Positions 18,781 through 32,000 of a stretch of DNA of 32,000 bases are shown here, piece after piece. The notes below the pieces were generated by a model. That model was not told the origin of the DNA and searched no databases. It was given only the letters and a program-made list of their open reading frames with translations. Numbering within the stretch: the stretch's first letter is position 1; each line of letters opens with the position of its first letter. The stretch is from Tannockella kyphosi (lineage in GTDB: Bacteria > Bacillota_I > Bacilli_A > Erysipelotrichales > Coprobacillaceae). Where the stretch lies: the NCBI RefSeq assembly GCF_021054785.1, contig NZ_CP088239.1, forward strand, positions 1,440,001-1,472,000. Direction: 5' to 3'. Made by a program: the position numbers and the translations under genes.

Positions 18781-18936
18781 TGAAAACCTTATCATTTTAT
18801 TGTAAACCAAACACTATATGACAATTCTACCACAAATTAAATAAAGTGAACAAAATTATGCTTTTTCCTTTTATCTAGGCAAATGCCTAAACAACATCTT
18901 TGTATTCTCATAGGTATAGGGTGTAGGAGGAATAAA

Positions 18937-19071
18937 ATGAATAATACACAATTAACCATTTCTTCAATAGAAATGCAAAAATTCCAAAAAATATATGCTT
19001 TAAAAAAAGCTTTTGGAATTGGAACTATTTTTCAAGAATTAGACAAACCTTGGAGTGAAAAAGGATGGTAA
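18937..19071 (+). CDS. cotJA: Spore coat-associated protein CotJA
   Basis: 44 aa from the ATG at 18937, preceded by AGGAGG (18925-18930). It contains the CotJA-type motif GTIFQELDKPW and is first in a cotJA-JB-JC arrangement with overlapping junctions. Confidence 0.65.
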   Translation: MNNTQLTISSIEMQKFQKIYALKKAFGIGTIFQELDKPWSEKGW

Positions 19072-19313
19072 GTAAAAAAGATATGTTACAAGATATTATG
19101 ATGTTAGATTTTGCTATTAGTGATATTACGTTATTTTTAGATACTCATCCAAATGATAAGGAAGCATATAAATACTATCAAGAAGCAGTCGAAAGATATC
19201 AAAAAGCTTATGATTTGTATACTAGTAATTATGGTTGTTTAAACAATCGTAGTATTGATGACAAAAACTATGATTATATTAATGGTCCTTGGCCTTGGGA
19301 GGTAGAAGCATAA
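19065..19313 (+). CDS. cotJB: Spore coat protein CotJB
   Basis: 82 aa. MLQDIMMLDFAISDITLFLDTHPNDKEAYKYYQEAVERYQKAYDLYTSNYG is the typical CotJB helical hairpin. The ATG overlaps the cotJA stop. Confidence 0.85.
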   Translation: MVSKKDMLQDIMMLDFAISDITLFLDTHPNDKEAYKYYQEAVERYQKAYDLYTSNYGCLNNRSIDDKNYDYINGPWPWEVEA

Positions 19314-19960
19314 TGTGGGTGTATGAAAAAAGATTACAGTTTCCTGTAAATATTACGAAACCAAATGCTAAAGCAGCTACTTTTATATGTTCTCAATTAG
19401 GTGGCCCTGATGGGGAATTAAATGCTGCAATCCGTTATCTAAGTCAACGTTATACGATGCCTTGGCCTGAATTACAAGCTTTATTGACGGATATAGCGAC
19501 AGAGGAATTAGGTCATGTTGAAATGATTTCAGCAATTTTATATCAACTTACTCGAGGATTGTCTAAAGAAGAAGTGAAAGCAAGTGGCTTTGATACTTAC
19601 TTTGTAGATCATACTTTTGGGATATATCCTCAAGCTGCTTCAGGGATGCCTTTTACAAGTGAAGGAATGCAATCTACTGGTGATCCTATCGCTGATTTAG
19701 TGGAAGATATGGCTGCTGAACAAAAAGCTAGGGTTACTTATGATAATATCTTAGCTTTAGTGGATGACGAAGAGATTAAGGCTCCCATTCGTTTTTTAAG
19801 AGAACGAGAAATTGTCCATTTCCAACGTTTTGCAGAGGCTTTAGAAATAGTGAAAAGTAAATTAAATAAAGATAATTATTATTACTGTAATCCTGAATTA
19901 AATTGTGATTTACCTAGAGAAGAATCTTTATTAGATTATTCTTCTAGCATTCAATTATAA
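19313..19960 (+). CDS. cotJC: Spore coat protein CotJC (manganese-catalase-family)
   Basis: The start MWVYEKRLQFPVNI (ATG 19313-19315) overlaps the cotJB TAA as TAATG, with GGAGG upstream. Ferritin-like/Mn-catalase motifs GELNAAIRYLSQRY and EELGHVEMI are present. Confidence 0.9.
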   Translation: MWVYEKRLQFPVNITKPNAKAATFICSQLGGPDGELNAAIRYLSQRYTMPWPELQALLTDIATEELGHVEMISAILYQLTRGLSKEEVKASGFDTYFVDHTFGIYPQAASGMPFTSEGMQSTGDPIADLVEDMAAEQKARVTYDNILALVDDEEIKAPIRFLREREIVHFQRFAEALEIVKSKLNKDNYYYCNPELNCDLPREESLLDYSSSIQL

Positions 19961-19988
19961 AAAGCAAAAGAATTTCTTTTGCTTTTTA
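19958..19988. terminator. Bidirectional terminator between convergent cotJC and the MATE gene
   Basis: An 11-bp perfect hairpin, AAAAGCAAAAG-AATTT-CTTTTGCTTTT (19960-19986), with A/T runs on both sides. Confidence 0.5.
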
Positions 19989-21323
19989 ATGTTCTTTATT
20001 AAAGTTCTTTTTGATGTAAAAATAAAAAATAAAACATACAATAATTTGTATAAAAGAAGTAAAAGGAGTTGCTAATCCTACATAGAATAAGTTTGTTCCT
20101 TCTAAAGTACTGATTAGATAAGCTAATGGTACACGAATACAATAAGAGCCAATAATAGATTGTAACATAACAAAGGTTGTATTCCCTGTTCCATTAAAGA
20201 ATCCTGTAAAACAGAAAATAAAACATACTAGGACAGTATCTATCGAATATGATTTTAAATATAGGACAGCTTCTTTCATAATATTAGCGTCACTAGTAAA
20301 GAAACGAATTAATACTTCTCCATGAAATGCACCAATATATGCCATAATCACCCCAAAGAAAAGTGAAATCAAAATCCCATATTTTAATCCTTTAACAGCT
20401 CTTTGATGTTTATTTGCCCCCATATTTTGTGCTGTGAATGCAGATAAAGATTGCATAAAAGCTTGTGGTACTAACATAATCATTCCTGTTAATTTTTCAA
20501 CAACTCCAACTGCTGCTGATACATAAACACCCATTACATTAATAATGGCGGTAATTGATAAAAAGGAAATGCTTACTAAAACACTTTGCAAGGCTATTGG
20601 AACTCCTAATTGTAATACTTTTTTTATAACTTCTTTATCAAAACAAATCATACTAACTTCAAAATGAAATGGTAAAGCAATCTTTTTTATACGAATCAAT
20701 GATAATAAAACACTTGTTCCTTGTGCTGTAACAGTTGCAATAGCAGCTCCCATTGCACCTAAACCAAAAAATCCAGTTAATAACAAGTCTCCTAAAATAT
20801 TAATAATACAAGCAATAAATACAGCAATTAAAGGTGTTTTAGAATCTCCTATTCCTCTAAAAACACTTCCTAAAACATTATAAGCAACAATTAATATAAC
20901 TCCTAACGATGAAATAAATAAATATTGTCCTGTTGAATAAATAGCACTTTCTGGTACGTGCATCAAAGTTATAATTAAATCTTTACCAATAAATAAAAAG
21001 CCCATAATAATGATAGCCATAGTTAAAAACAATAAAATACTGGATCCTACTACATGTCCTGCTTTATCACTTTGTTTTGCACCAATATAGTTTCCTATTA
21101 AAATAGTAGTTCCCATCGATAATCCAGTACACAAAGAGGTGATTGTTGTAATAATCTGACTTCCTGTAGTAACTGCAGATACTTGTTCTACTTGACTAAA
21201 TCTACCTACAATAATTAAATCCACAGTTCCATACGTTACTTGTAGTAGTAAAGCAAATAAAACAGGTATCGTAAATTTTAATAATGTTGGTAATAATTTT
21301 CCTTCTACTAAATTATTTTTCAT
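19986..21323 (-). CDS. MATE-family multidrug/toxic-compound efflux transporter
   Basis: About 445 aa with 12 predicted helices and the family-typical N-terminus LLKFTIPVLFALLLQVTYGTVDLIIVGRF. The start is placed at MKNNLVEG (complement of 21321-21323), because the upstream ATG lies inside the hairpin at 21338-21364. Confidence 0.8.
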   Translation of the reverse strand: MKNNLVEGKLLPTLLKFTIPVLFALLLQVTYGTVDLIIVGRFSQVEQVSAVTTGSQIITTITSLCTGLSMGTTILIGNYIGAKQSDKAGHVVGSSILLFLTMAIIIMGFLFIGKDLIITLMHVPESAIYSTGQYLFISSLGVILIVAYNVLGSVFRGIGDSKTPLIAVFIACIINILGDLLLTGFFGLGAMGAAIATVTAQGTSVLLSLIRIKKIALPFHFEVSMICFDKEVIKKVLQLGVPIALQSVLVSISFLSITAIINVMGVYVSAAVGVVEKLTGMIMLVPQAFMQSLSAFTAQNMGANKHQRAVKGLKYGILISLFFGVIMAYIGAFHGEVLIRFFTSDANIMKEAVLYLKSYSIDTVLVCFIFCFTGFFNGTGNTTFVMLQSIIGSYCIRVPLAYLISTLEGTNLFYVGLATPFTSFIQIIVCFIFYFYIKKNFNKEH

Positions 21324-21337
21324 ATTTTCCCCTATAA

Positions 21338-21364
21338 AAAACATCTAATAAGCTTAGATGTTTT
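21338..21364 (-). terminator. Hairpin (possible terminator/attenuator) between the hydrolase and MATE genes
   Basis: An 11-bp perfect stem, AAAACATCTAA-TAAGC-TTAGATGTTTT. The U-tract is largely inside the stem, and no room is left for a separate MATE promoter, so it may only be an attenuator or stabiliser. Confidence 0.35.
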
Positions 21365-21368
21365 CTTT

Positions 21369-22322
21369 CTATTTAAAACATTCTTCCAATTGACCAAACA
21401 ACAAATCCATCGCTTGAGAAGATGGAATATGACTAGCTTCTTCCATTATATTTAATCGAATATTTGAATTATTAACATCTCCTATTACTTTTACTAAAGA
21501 ACTAGTTGGTGTAATAATATCATTGGCTCCTTGGATAATATAATATGGTTTGGATATTTTTTTGAAATCTTCACTAACATCTAATCCAATAATTTCATTA
21601 ATCAATGATTCATTTTTAGTAAAACCATTTTTAAATAAAGCTAAAAAGTCTTTTGTTTTATAGTCTTGACTCAAAAAGTTACCTAACATAATTGGTAAAA
21701 AATTAGTTGCTGTTGTTTTTTTATGAATATATCCATTCGAATACTTCTTAATATATTTTGATATTTCTACAACATTTTGATAACAATGAGATGGCTCTTG
21801 ATGAATTTCTTCAATTCTAGCAAGTGCTTTTACTCGATGACAATAATCCGTTAGTTCCTCAAAAGTATCTTCACTAAAATACATATCTTTTGATAATTGT
21901 CCATAACAAATAGCACCATCGATAGGATTATCTTGAGCCATTACTTTTAGAGCTAATAATGAACCCCAAGACATACCAAATAAATATATTTTATTATTTG
22001 GAAATAAAGCTCTTATTTCGTTAATTAAATCAAATGTCATGTTCACATAATCATCTACTGATACATCTTCCAATACTTGATTATTTATCCCACATCCTAA
22101 TTGATCCCAATAAACCATAGTATAGTTTTTAATAAAATCAGGATATAATCCTCTCGATCCACATGAAAAAGGTAATGAAGTTCCTAAACCATGTAAACAA
22201 ATTAATACAGGGTTATAACTACTTTTCCCTTCTATTAATACTTTTTGATTTATTCCATTTAAATTAAGTTGTTTTAAATAACTAACTGCTGTTATTTTAA
22301 TTCTTTCTTTTCTAAATTTCAT
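21369..22322 (-). CDS. Alpha/beta-fold hydrolase, specificity unknown
   Basis: 317 aa with the oxyanion-hole motif LHGLG, the nucleophile elbow GMSWGS and a C-terminal catalytic His context (EEASHIP). Confidence 0.7.
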   Translation of the reverse strand: MKFRKERIKITAVSYLKQLNLNGINQKVLIEGKSSYNPVLICLHGLGTSLPFSCGSRGLYPDFIKNYTMVYWDQLGCGINNQVLEDVSVDDYVNMTFDLINEIRALFPNNKIYLFGMSWGSLLALKVMAQDNPIDGAICYGQLSKDMYFSEDTFEELTDYCHRVKALARIEEIHQEPSHCYQNVVEISKYIKKYSNGYIHKKTTATNFLPIMLGNFLSQDYKTKDFLALFKNGFTKNESLINEIIGLDVSEDFKKISKPYYIIQGANDIITPTSSLVKVIGDVNNSNIRLNIMEEASHIPSSQAMDLLFGQLEECFK

Positions 22323-22397
22323 ATTATTTCATCCTTTATATTTCAATCTATTTTAACGTATTTTAAGTTAAATAACAAGTTATTATCTTCTTAGCTA

Positions 22398-22406
22398 TGA
22401 TATAAT
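22398..22406 (+). promoter_or_regulatory. Candidate extended -10 promoter of ogt
   Basis: TGaTATAAT lies 25 nt upstream of the ATG at 22431. AAGGAG RBS at 22417-22422. Confidence 0.4.
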
Positions 22407-22430
22407 AAATTAGATAAGGAGATTCTATTT

Positions 22431-22880
22431 ATGACATATGCATATTATCAAAGTATTATTGGGATCATTGAAGTTGGTTTTAAAGAGGAAGTAGTTTATT
22501 CTATCAAAATAAAAGAAAAACAAGGTATATCGAATGCTACAAAGTTCAGTGATTTCGTTTTTTCTCAAATATCACAATATTTAGTAGGAGAACGTAAAGA
22601 GTTTAGTTTTCGCTATCAGTTAATAGGTACTGAATTTCAAATAAAAGTATGGAATGCACTTTTAACTATCCCTTATGGACAAACCAAAAGTTATCAAGAT
22701 ATCGCAAATGCAATAGATAATCCCAAAGCATGTCGAGCTGTTGGTAATGCAAATCATCATAATCCTATTCTTTTGGTTATTCCTTGTCATCGTTGTATTC
22801 AAGCGAATGGAAAAATAGGTGGATTTGGATTAGGTATTGATATAAAAATAAAATTATTAAGATTAGAAAAAGGGCAATAG
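22431..22880 (+). CDS. ogt: Methylated-DNA--protein-cysteine methyltransferase
   Basis: 149 aa with the active-site PCHRCI (PCHR motif), preceded by TIPYGQTKSYQDIA and NANHHNPILLVIP. Confidence 0.85.
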   Translation: MTYAYYQSIIGIIEVGFKEEVVYSIKIKEKQGISNATKFSDFVFSQISQYLVGERKEFSFRYQLIGTEFQIKVWNALLTIPYGQTKSYQDIANAIDNPKACRAVGNANHHNPILLVIPCHRCIQANGKIGGFGLGIDIKIKLLRLEKGQ

Positions 22881-22887
22881 CCCTTTT
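22868..22887 (+). terminator. Weak hairpin terminator of ogt
   Basis: Hairpin AAAAGGGC-AATA-GCCCTTTT enclosing the stop codon. There is only a short T-run. Confidence 0.35.
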
Positions 22888-22894
22888 AAAATAC

Positions 22895-22919
22895 AAAAAA
22901 AGACATCCAAATGGATGTC
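22895..22919 (-). terminator. Rho-independent terminator of rRNA operon A
   Basis: The minus strand reads GACATCCA-UU-UGGAUGUC followed by a 7-U run, immediately 3' of the 5S gene. An identical copy follows operon B. Confidence 0.7.
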
Positions 22920-22925
22920 GGATGA

Positions 22926-23035
22926 AACTGGCAGTTTGCTATTGTTGCACCTTAGTACTATCGTCGCCGTTATGATGCTTAACTTCTGTGTTCGGGATGG
23001 GAACAGGTGTGTCCATCATGCCATCACTACCAGAT
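22926..23035 (-). rRNA. rrf: 5S ribosomal RNA (operon A)
   Basis: The minus strand reads UCUGGUAGUGAUGGCAUGAUGGACACACCUGUUCCCAUCCCGAACACAGAAGUUAAGCAUCAU...ACUGCCAG. The universal loop-B/C core CCGAACAC.GAAGUUAAGC is present, and helix I closes between CUGGUAGU and ACUGCCAG. The ends are approximate, within a few nt. Confidence 0.85.
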
Positions 23036-23127
23036 TCTTCTTGAGTGAAATCACTCAAAACTAGATAACAATTGCTTTTTAAATTCGATTCTTTCTTTGT
23101 TTTTATCTTCAAGCGTTTAACCGTTTA

Positions 23128-26030
<2,903 letters not shown>

Positions 26031-26247
26031 TATTGGTGTGTTGTACTTTCGTACACTTTTTTTGTTTTTTGTTTGCTTGAGTTACTATTTTTTTTGACTA
26101 TTTATACGTTCGTATTTTTTGGTGTCTTTTTTAATAATAATCTTAGTTTTTCGACTTAAACTAGAAAGACCACAATTCTTAATTTATTAATTATTCTGGT
26201 TTTAATCTTTCGATCTCTTTTTCTAATCTATTTCGCAATTTGTTATC

Positions 26248-26262
26248 CAGTTTTCAATGATC
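26248..26262 (-). promoter_or_regulatory. boxA-like antitermination element in the 16S-23S spacer (operon A)
   Basis: The minus strand reads GAUCAUUGAAAACUG, resembling the Firmicute rrn boxA (..UUCUUUGAAAACUA.., from memory). It is immediately preceded in RNA sense by a boxB-like hairpin (26265-26285). The same core recurs in the 16S leader. Confidence 0.5.
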
Positions 26263-26283
26263 TCTTGAGTGAGAGTTTCACTC

Positions 26284-26298
26284 AAAACTAAACAGAAA
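26284..26298 (-). other. 16S trailer half of the leader-trailer processing stem
   Basis: RNA UUUCUGUUUAGUUUU, about 50 nt 3' of 16S, is perfectly complementary (15/15) to leader RNA AAAACUAAACAGAAA (27965-27979). This is the classic RNase III-type stem enclosing 16S. Confidence 0.6.
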
Positions 26299-26349
26299 TT
26301 TTTCGAATTCACAACTTTGGTTACTACCTTGTTTTTTGTTTTACTCCTT

Positions 26350-27877
<1,528 letters not shown>

Positions 27878-27964
27878 TATGTAAACAACTTCGTTGTTTT
27901 CTAGCTCTTTTGCTTTTGTTTTTTATCCTTTTGGATATTGACGTTGTGTTTTTAATTCTTAGTT

Positions 27965-27979
27965 TTTCTGTTTAGTTTT
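27965..27979 (-). other. 16S leader half of the leader-trailer processing stem
   Basis: Leader RNA AAAACUAAACAGAAA is complementary 15/15 to the trailer at 26284-26298. It overlaps the leader boxA. Confidence 0.6.
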
Positions 27980-27987
27980 CAATGATC
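27971..27987 (-). promoter_or_regulatory. boxA-like antitermination element in the 16S leader (operon A)
   Basis: The minus strand reads GAUCAUUGAAAACUAAA. Its 13-nt core GAUCAUUGAAAAC is identical to the spacer copy at 26250-26262. Confidence 0.5.
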
Positions 27988-28021
27988 TCTCTTGTCGTCT
28001 TTTGTTTTTGCCGACTTGTTT

Positions 28022-28050
28022 ATAATACTTGATTCACTCTTTTTTGTCAA
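28022..28050 (-). promoter_or_regulatory. rrnA proximal promoter (P2)
   Basis: The minus strand reads TTGACA (complement of 28045-28050), a 17-nt spacer, then TATTAT (complement of 28022-28027). It is preceded by an A-tract UP-like element (AAAACAAAAAAAGTTCAAAAAG) and lies about 145 nt upstream of the mature 16S 5' end. Confidence 0.55.
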
Positions 28051-28122
28051 TAACTTTTTGAACTTTTTTTGTTTTTCAACTTCGTTCTTTTTTGTCACAT
28101 CCCTTTTGTTGAGTGCCCATTT

Positions 28123-28151
28123 ATAATATCATAACACCCTAGTCTTGTAAA
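28123..28151 (-). promoter_or_regulatory. rrnA distal promoter (P1)
   Basis: The minus strand reads TTTACA (complement of 28146-28151), a 17-nt spacer, then TATTAT (complement of 28123-28128). It is preceded by an A-tract UP-like element (AATAAAAAAAGCATAAAAAAGC) and sits 101 nt upstream of P2. Tandem promoters are typical of rrn operons. Confidence 0.5.
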
Positions 28152-28344
28152 GCTTTTTTATGCTTTTTTTATTCCTTCATTTTCCTTTGATTCTATCGCT
28201 ACTTTTCGTCTTTTTGACATCTTTTTACTTTCTTATTTATAAAATATTTTAGACAATGTTCTATTTTTATCGCTGCTTGTTAGGACCAATTGTTATTATG
28301 TACGAAAAAATAAAATACGTAATGGAAGGCTTGATGGATGGAAT

Positions 28345-28374
28345 AAAAGTTATTCACATTTGTGAATAACTTTT
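28345..28374. promoter_or_regulatory. Perfect 30-bp palindrome containing two inverted DnaA-box-like 9-mers
   Basis: The sequence is AAAAGTTATTCACA-TT-TGTGAATAACTTTT. TTATTCACA (28350-28358) and its complement (28361-28369) fit the DnaA-box consensus TTATNCACA. The region is non-coding and lies upstream of the rrnA promoters. Confidence 0.4.
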
Positions 28375-28523
28375 CTCTGTTAGACAAGGGATCGATTCTC
28401 TGATTTTTGGGCCATAAATGAAAATAATTGGATATTTGTGCTATTTAGGTGTCTTTTTACTTGATTTGACTTCTTTTTTATAAAATAGAGTTATTTATAT
28501 TTTGTGCACAATTATACAATTTT

Positions 28524-28537
28524 TGTGAATAACTTTT
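28524..28537. promoter_or_regulatory. Third copy of the 14-mer TGTGAATAACTTTT (DnaA-box-like)
   Basis: An exact repeat of the right arm of the 28345-28374 palindrome, 163 bp away and not itself palindromic. A degenerate TGTGCACA sits at 28503-28510. Confidence 0.4.
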
Positions 28538-28605
28538 GTTTTTCTTTCTTTTTATGGCTTTTTTTGGTTATTTTTAACCTCTATTGTCTATCTACTTTTT
28601 GGATA

Positions 28606-28630
28606 AAAAAAAGACATCCAAATGGATGTC
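28606..28630 (-). terminator. Rho-independent terminator of rRNA operon B
   Basis: Identical to 22895-22919: a GACATCCA/TGGATGTC hairpin plus a U-run of 8 on the minus strand. Confidence 0.7.
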
Positions 28631-28636
28631 GGATGA

Positions 28637-28746
28637 AACTGGCAGTTTGCTATTGTTGCACCTTAGTACTATCGTCGCCGTTATGATGCTTAACTTCTGT
28701 GTTCGGGATGGGAACAGGTGTGTCCATCATGCCATCACTACCAGAT
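28637..28746 (-). rRNA. rrf: 5S ribosomal RNA (operon B)
   Basis: Identical to 22926-23035 (offset 5711). Confidence 0.85.
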
Positions 28747-28838
28747 TCTTCTTGAGTGAAATCACTCAAAACTAGATAACAATTGCTTTTTAAATTCGAT
28801 TCTTTCTTTGTTTTTATCTTCAAGCGTTTAACCGTTTA

Positions 28839-31740
<2,902 letters not shown>

Positions 31741-31957
31741 TATTGGTGTGTTGTACTTTCGTACACTTTTTTTGTTTTTTGTTTGCTTGAGTTACTATTT
31801 TTTTTGACTATTTATACGTTCGTATTTTTTGGTGTCTTTTTTAATAATAATCTTAGTTTTTCGACTTAAACTAGAAAGACCACAATTCTTAATTTATTAA
31901 TTATTCTGGTTTTAATCTTTCGATCTCTTTTTCTAATCTATTTCGCAATTTGTTATC

Positions 31958-31972
31958 CAGTTTTCAATGATC
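31958..31972 (-). promoter_or_regulatory. boxA-like element in the 16S-23S spacer (operon B)
   Basis: Identical copy of 26248-26262. The 16S gene of operon B lies beyond the right window edge. Confidence 0.5.
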
Positions 31973-32000
31973 TCTTGAGTGAGAGTTTCACTCAAAACTA

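Noticed and set aside
18890-18920. Sigma-E/sigma-K type promoter for cotJ (AC-16 nt-CATAGGTA)
   Set aside because: The match to CATACA-T / CATA---TA is imperfect. The implied transcription start would fall almost on the RBS. I cannot distinguish it from chance, so it is not listed as a feature.
5034-21344. Longer N-terminal extensions given by the ORF track (starts at 5063, 5666, 8318, 12871, 13202, 16248, 18883, 19289, 21344)
   Set aside because: In each case an in-frame downstream start has a strong Shine-Dalgarno at 5-9 nt and restores the family-typical N-terminus. The upstream start either contains that RBS, lies in a promoter or terminator element, or is a non-ATG codon without an RBS.
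26031-26349. tRNA genes (Ile/Ala) in the 16S-23S spacer or downstream of 5S
   Set aside because: The spacer is about 320 nt of AT-rich sequence with no GC-rich cloverleaf-like segment, no GGTTCGAATCC-type T-arm and no CCA-proximal acceptor pairing. The same holds for the 23S-5S spacer and the region 3' of 5S.
28345-28374. Reading the palindrome as a Rex, CRP/FNR, Fur or PerR operator
   Set aside because: The half-sites here face outward-in as TTCACA-N2-TGTGAA. That is the opposite arrangement and spacing from Rex (TTGTGAA-N4-TTCACAA) and CRP (TGTGA-N6-TCACA). There is no resemblance to Fur/PerR 7-1-7 boxes.
28214-28374. Plus-strand small transcript or 37-aa ORF (ATG 28256 to TAA 28367-28369, MFYFYRCLLGPIVIMYEKIKYVMEGLMDGIKVIHICE) driven by TTGACA (28214-28219) and ending at the palindrome
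   Set aside because: The best -10 candidates (TATAAA at 18 nt, TAAAAT at 20 nt) are suboptimal. By my rough estimate a single TTGACA in 450 bp of AT-rich DNA is near chance expectation. The ORF has no Shine-Dalgarno. It is worth a glance in RNA-seq but is not supportable from sequence.
28152-28605. That the DnaA-box cluster marks oriC itself
   Set aside because: There is no dnaA/dnaN nearby. I saw only three boxes and no obvious AT-rich 13-mer/27-mer unwinding repeats. Both flanking rrn operons point the same way, so there is no leading-strand switch here. GC-skew analysis of the whole replicon would be decisive.
28504-28775. ORFs at 28504-28686 and 28584-28775 (60-63 aa)
   Set aside because: They run from AT-rich spacer through the rrnB terminator into the 5S gene. 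They have non-ATG or unsupported starts and no RBS.

Overview
This is a low-GC Firmicutes chromosome segment. Coding DNA looks roughly 30% GC by eye and the rRNA genes are much GC-richer. The 16S signature stretches plus spoVAC, spoVS and cotJABC suggest a spore-forming Erysipelotrichia/Clostridia-like organism; that placement is tentative and was not searched. Positions 1-22.9 kb are a dense, mostly minus-strand block of core genes: spoVAC (partial), a FolT-like membrane protein, folC, darA/pstA, ktrA, ktrB, mntP, two FAD-dependent oxidoreductases, a yebC-family gene, guaB, a YlbF/YmcA-family gene, miaB, a small orphan ORF, spoVS, ppk1, ppx, ymdB, rny, cotJA-cotJB-cotJC, a MATE efflux pump, an alpha/beta hydrolase and ogt. 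Positions 22.9-32.0 kb hold two tandem, co-oriented minus-strand rRNA operons. rrnA is complete (16S-23S-5S). rrnB shows only 5S, 23S and part of the spacer before the window ends. The two form a near-identical direct repeat with a period of about 5.71 kb and have no tRNA in the spacers. All long plus-strand ORFs in that region are antisense artefacts of rRNA. I found no convincing novel multi-gene system: no CRISPR array and no recognisable mobile-element, defence or toxin-antitoxin genes. The most unusual unexplained signal is a perfect 30-bp palindrome built from two DnaA-box-like 9-mers, with a third copy of the same 14-mer nearby, in the ~450-bp non-coding gap between the two rrn operons. 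Secondary curiosities are a FolT-like protein with an apparent two-helix insertion, a c-di-AMP receptor gene next to ktrBA with a palindrome over the ktrB promoter, ppx-ppk inserted into the rny-ymdB-spoVS cluster, and a homopolymer indel in a conserved 23S helix of one rrn copy. All protein family calls come from motif recognition by eye and memory. No database search was possible.
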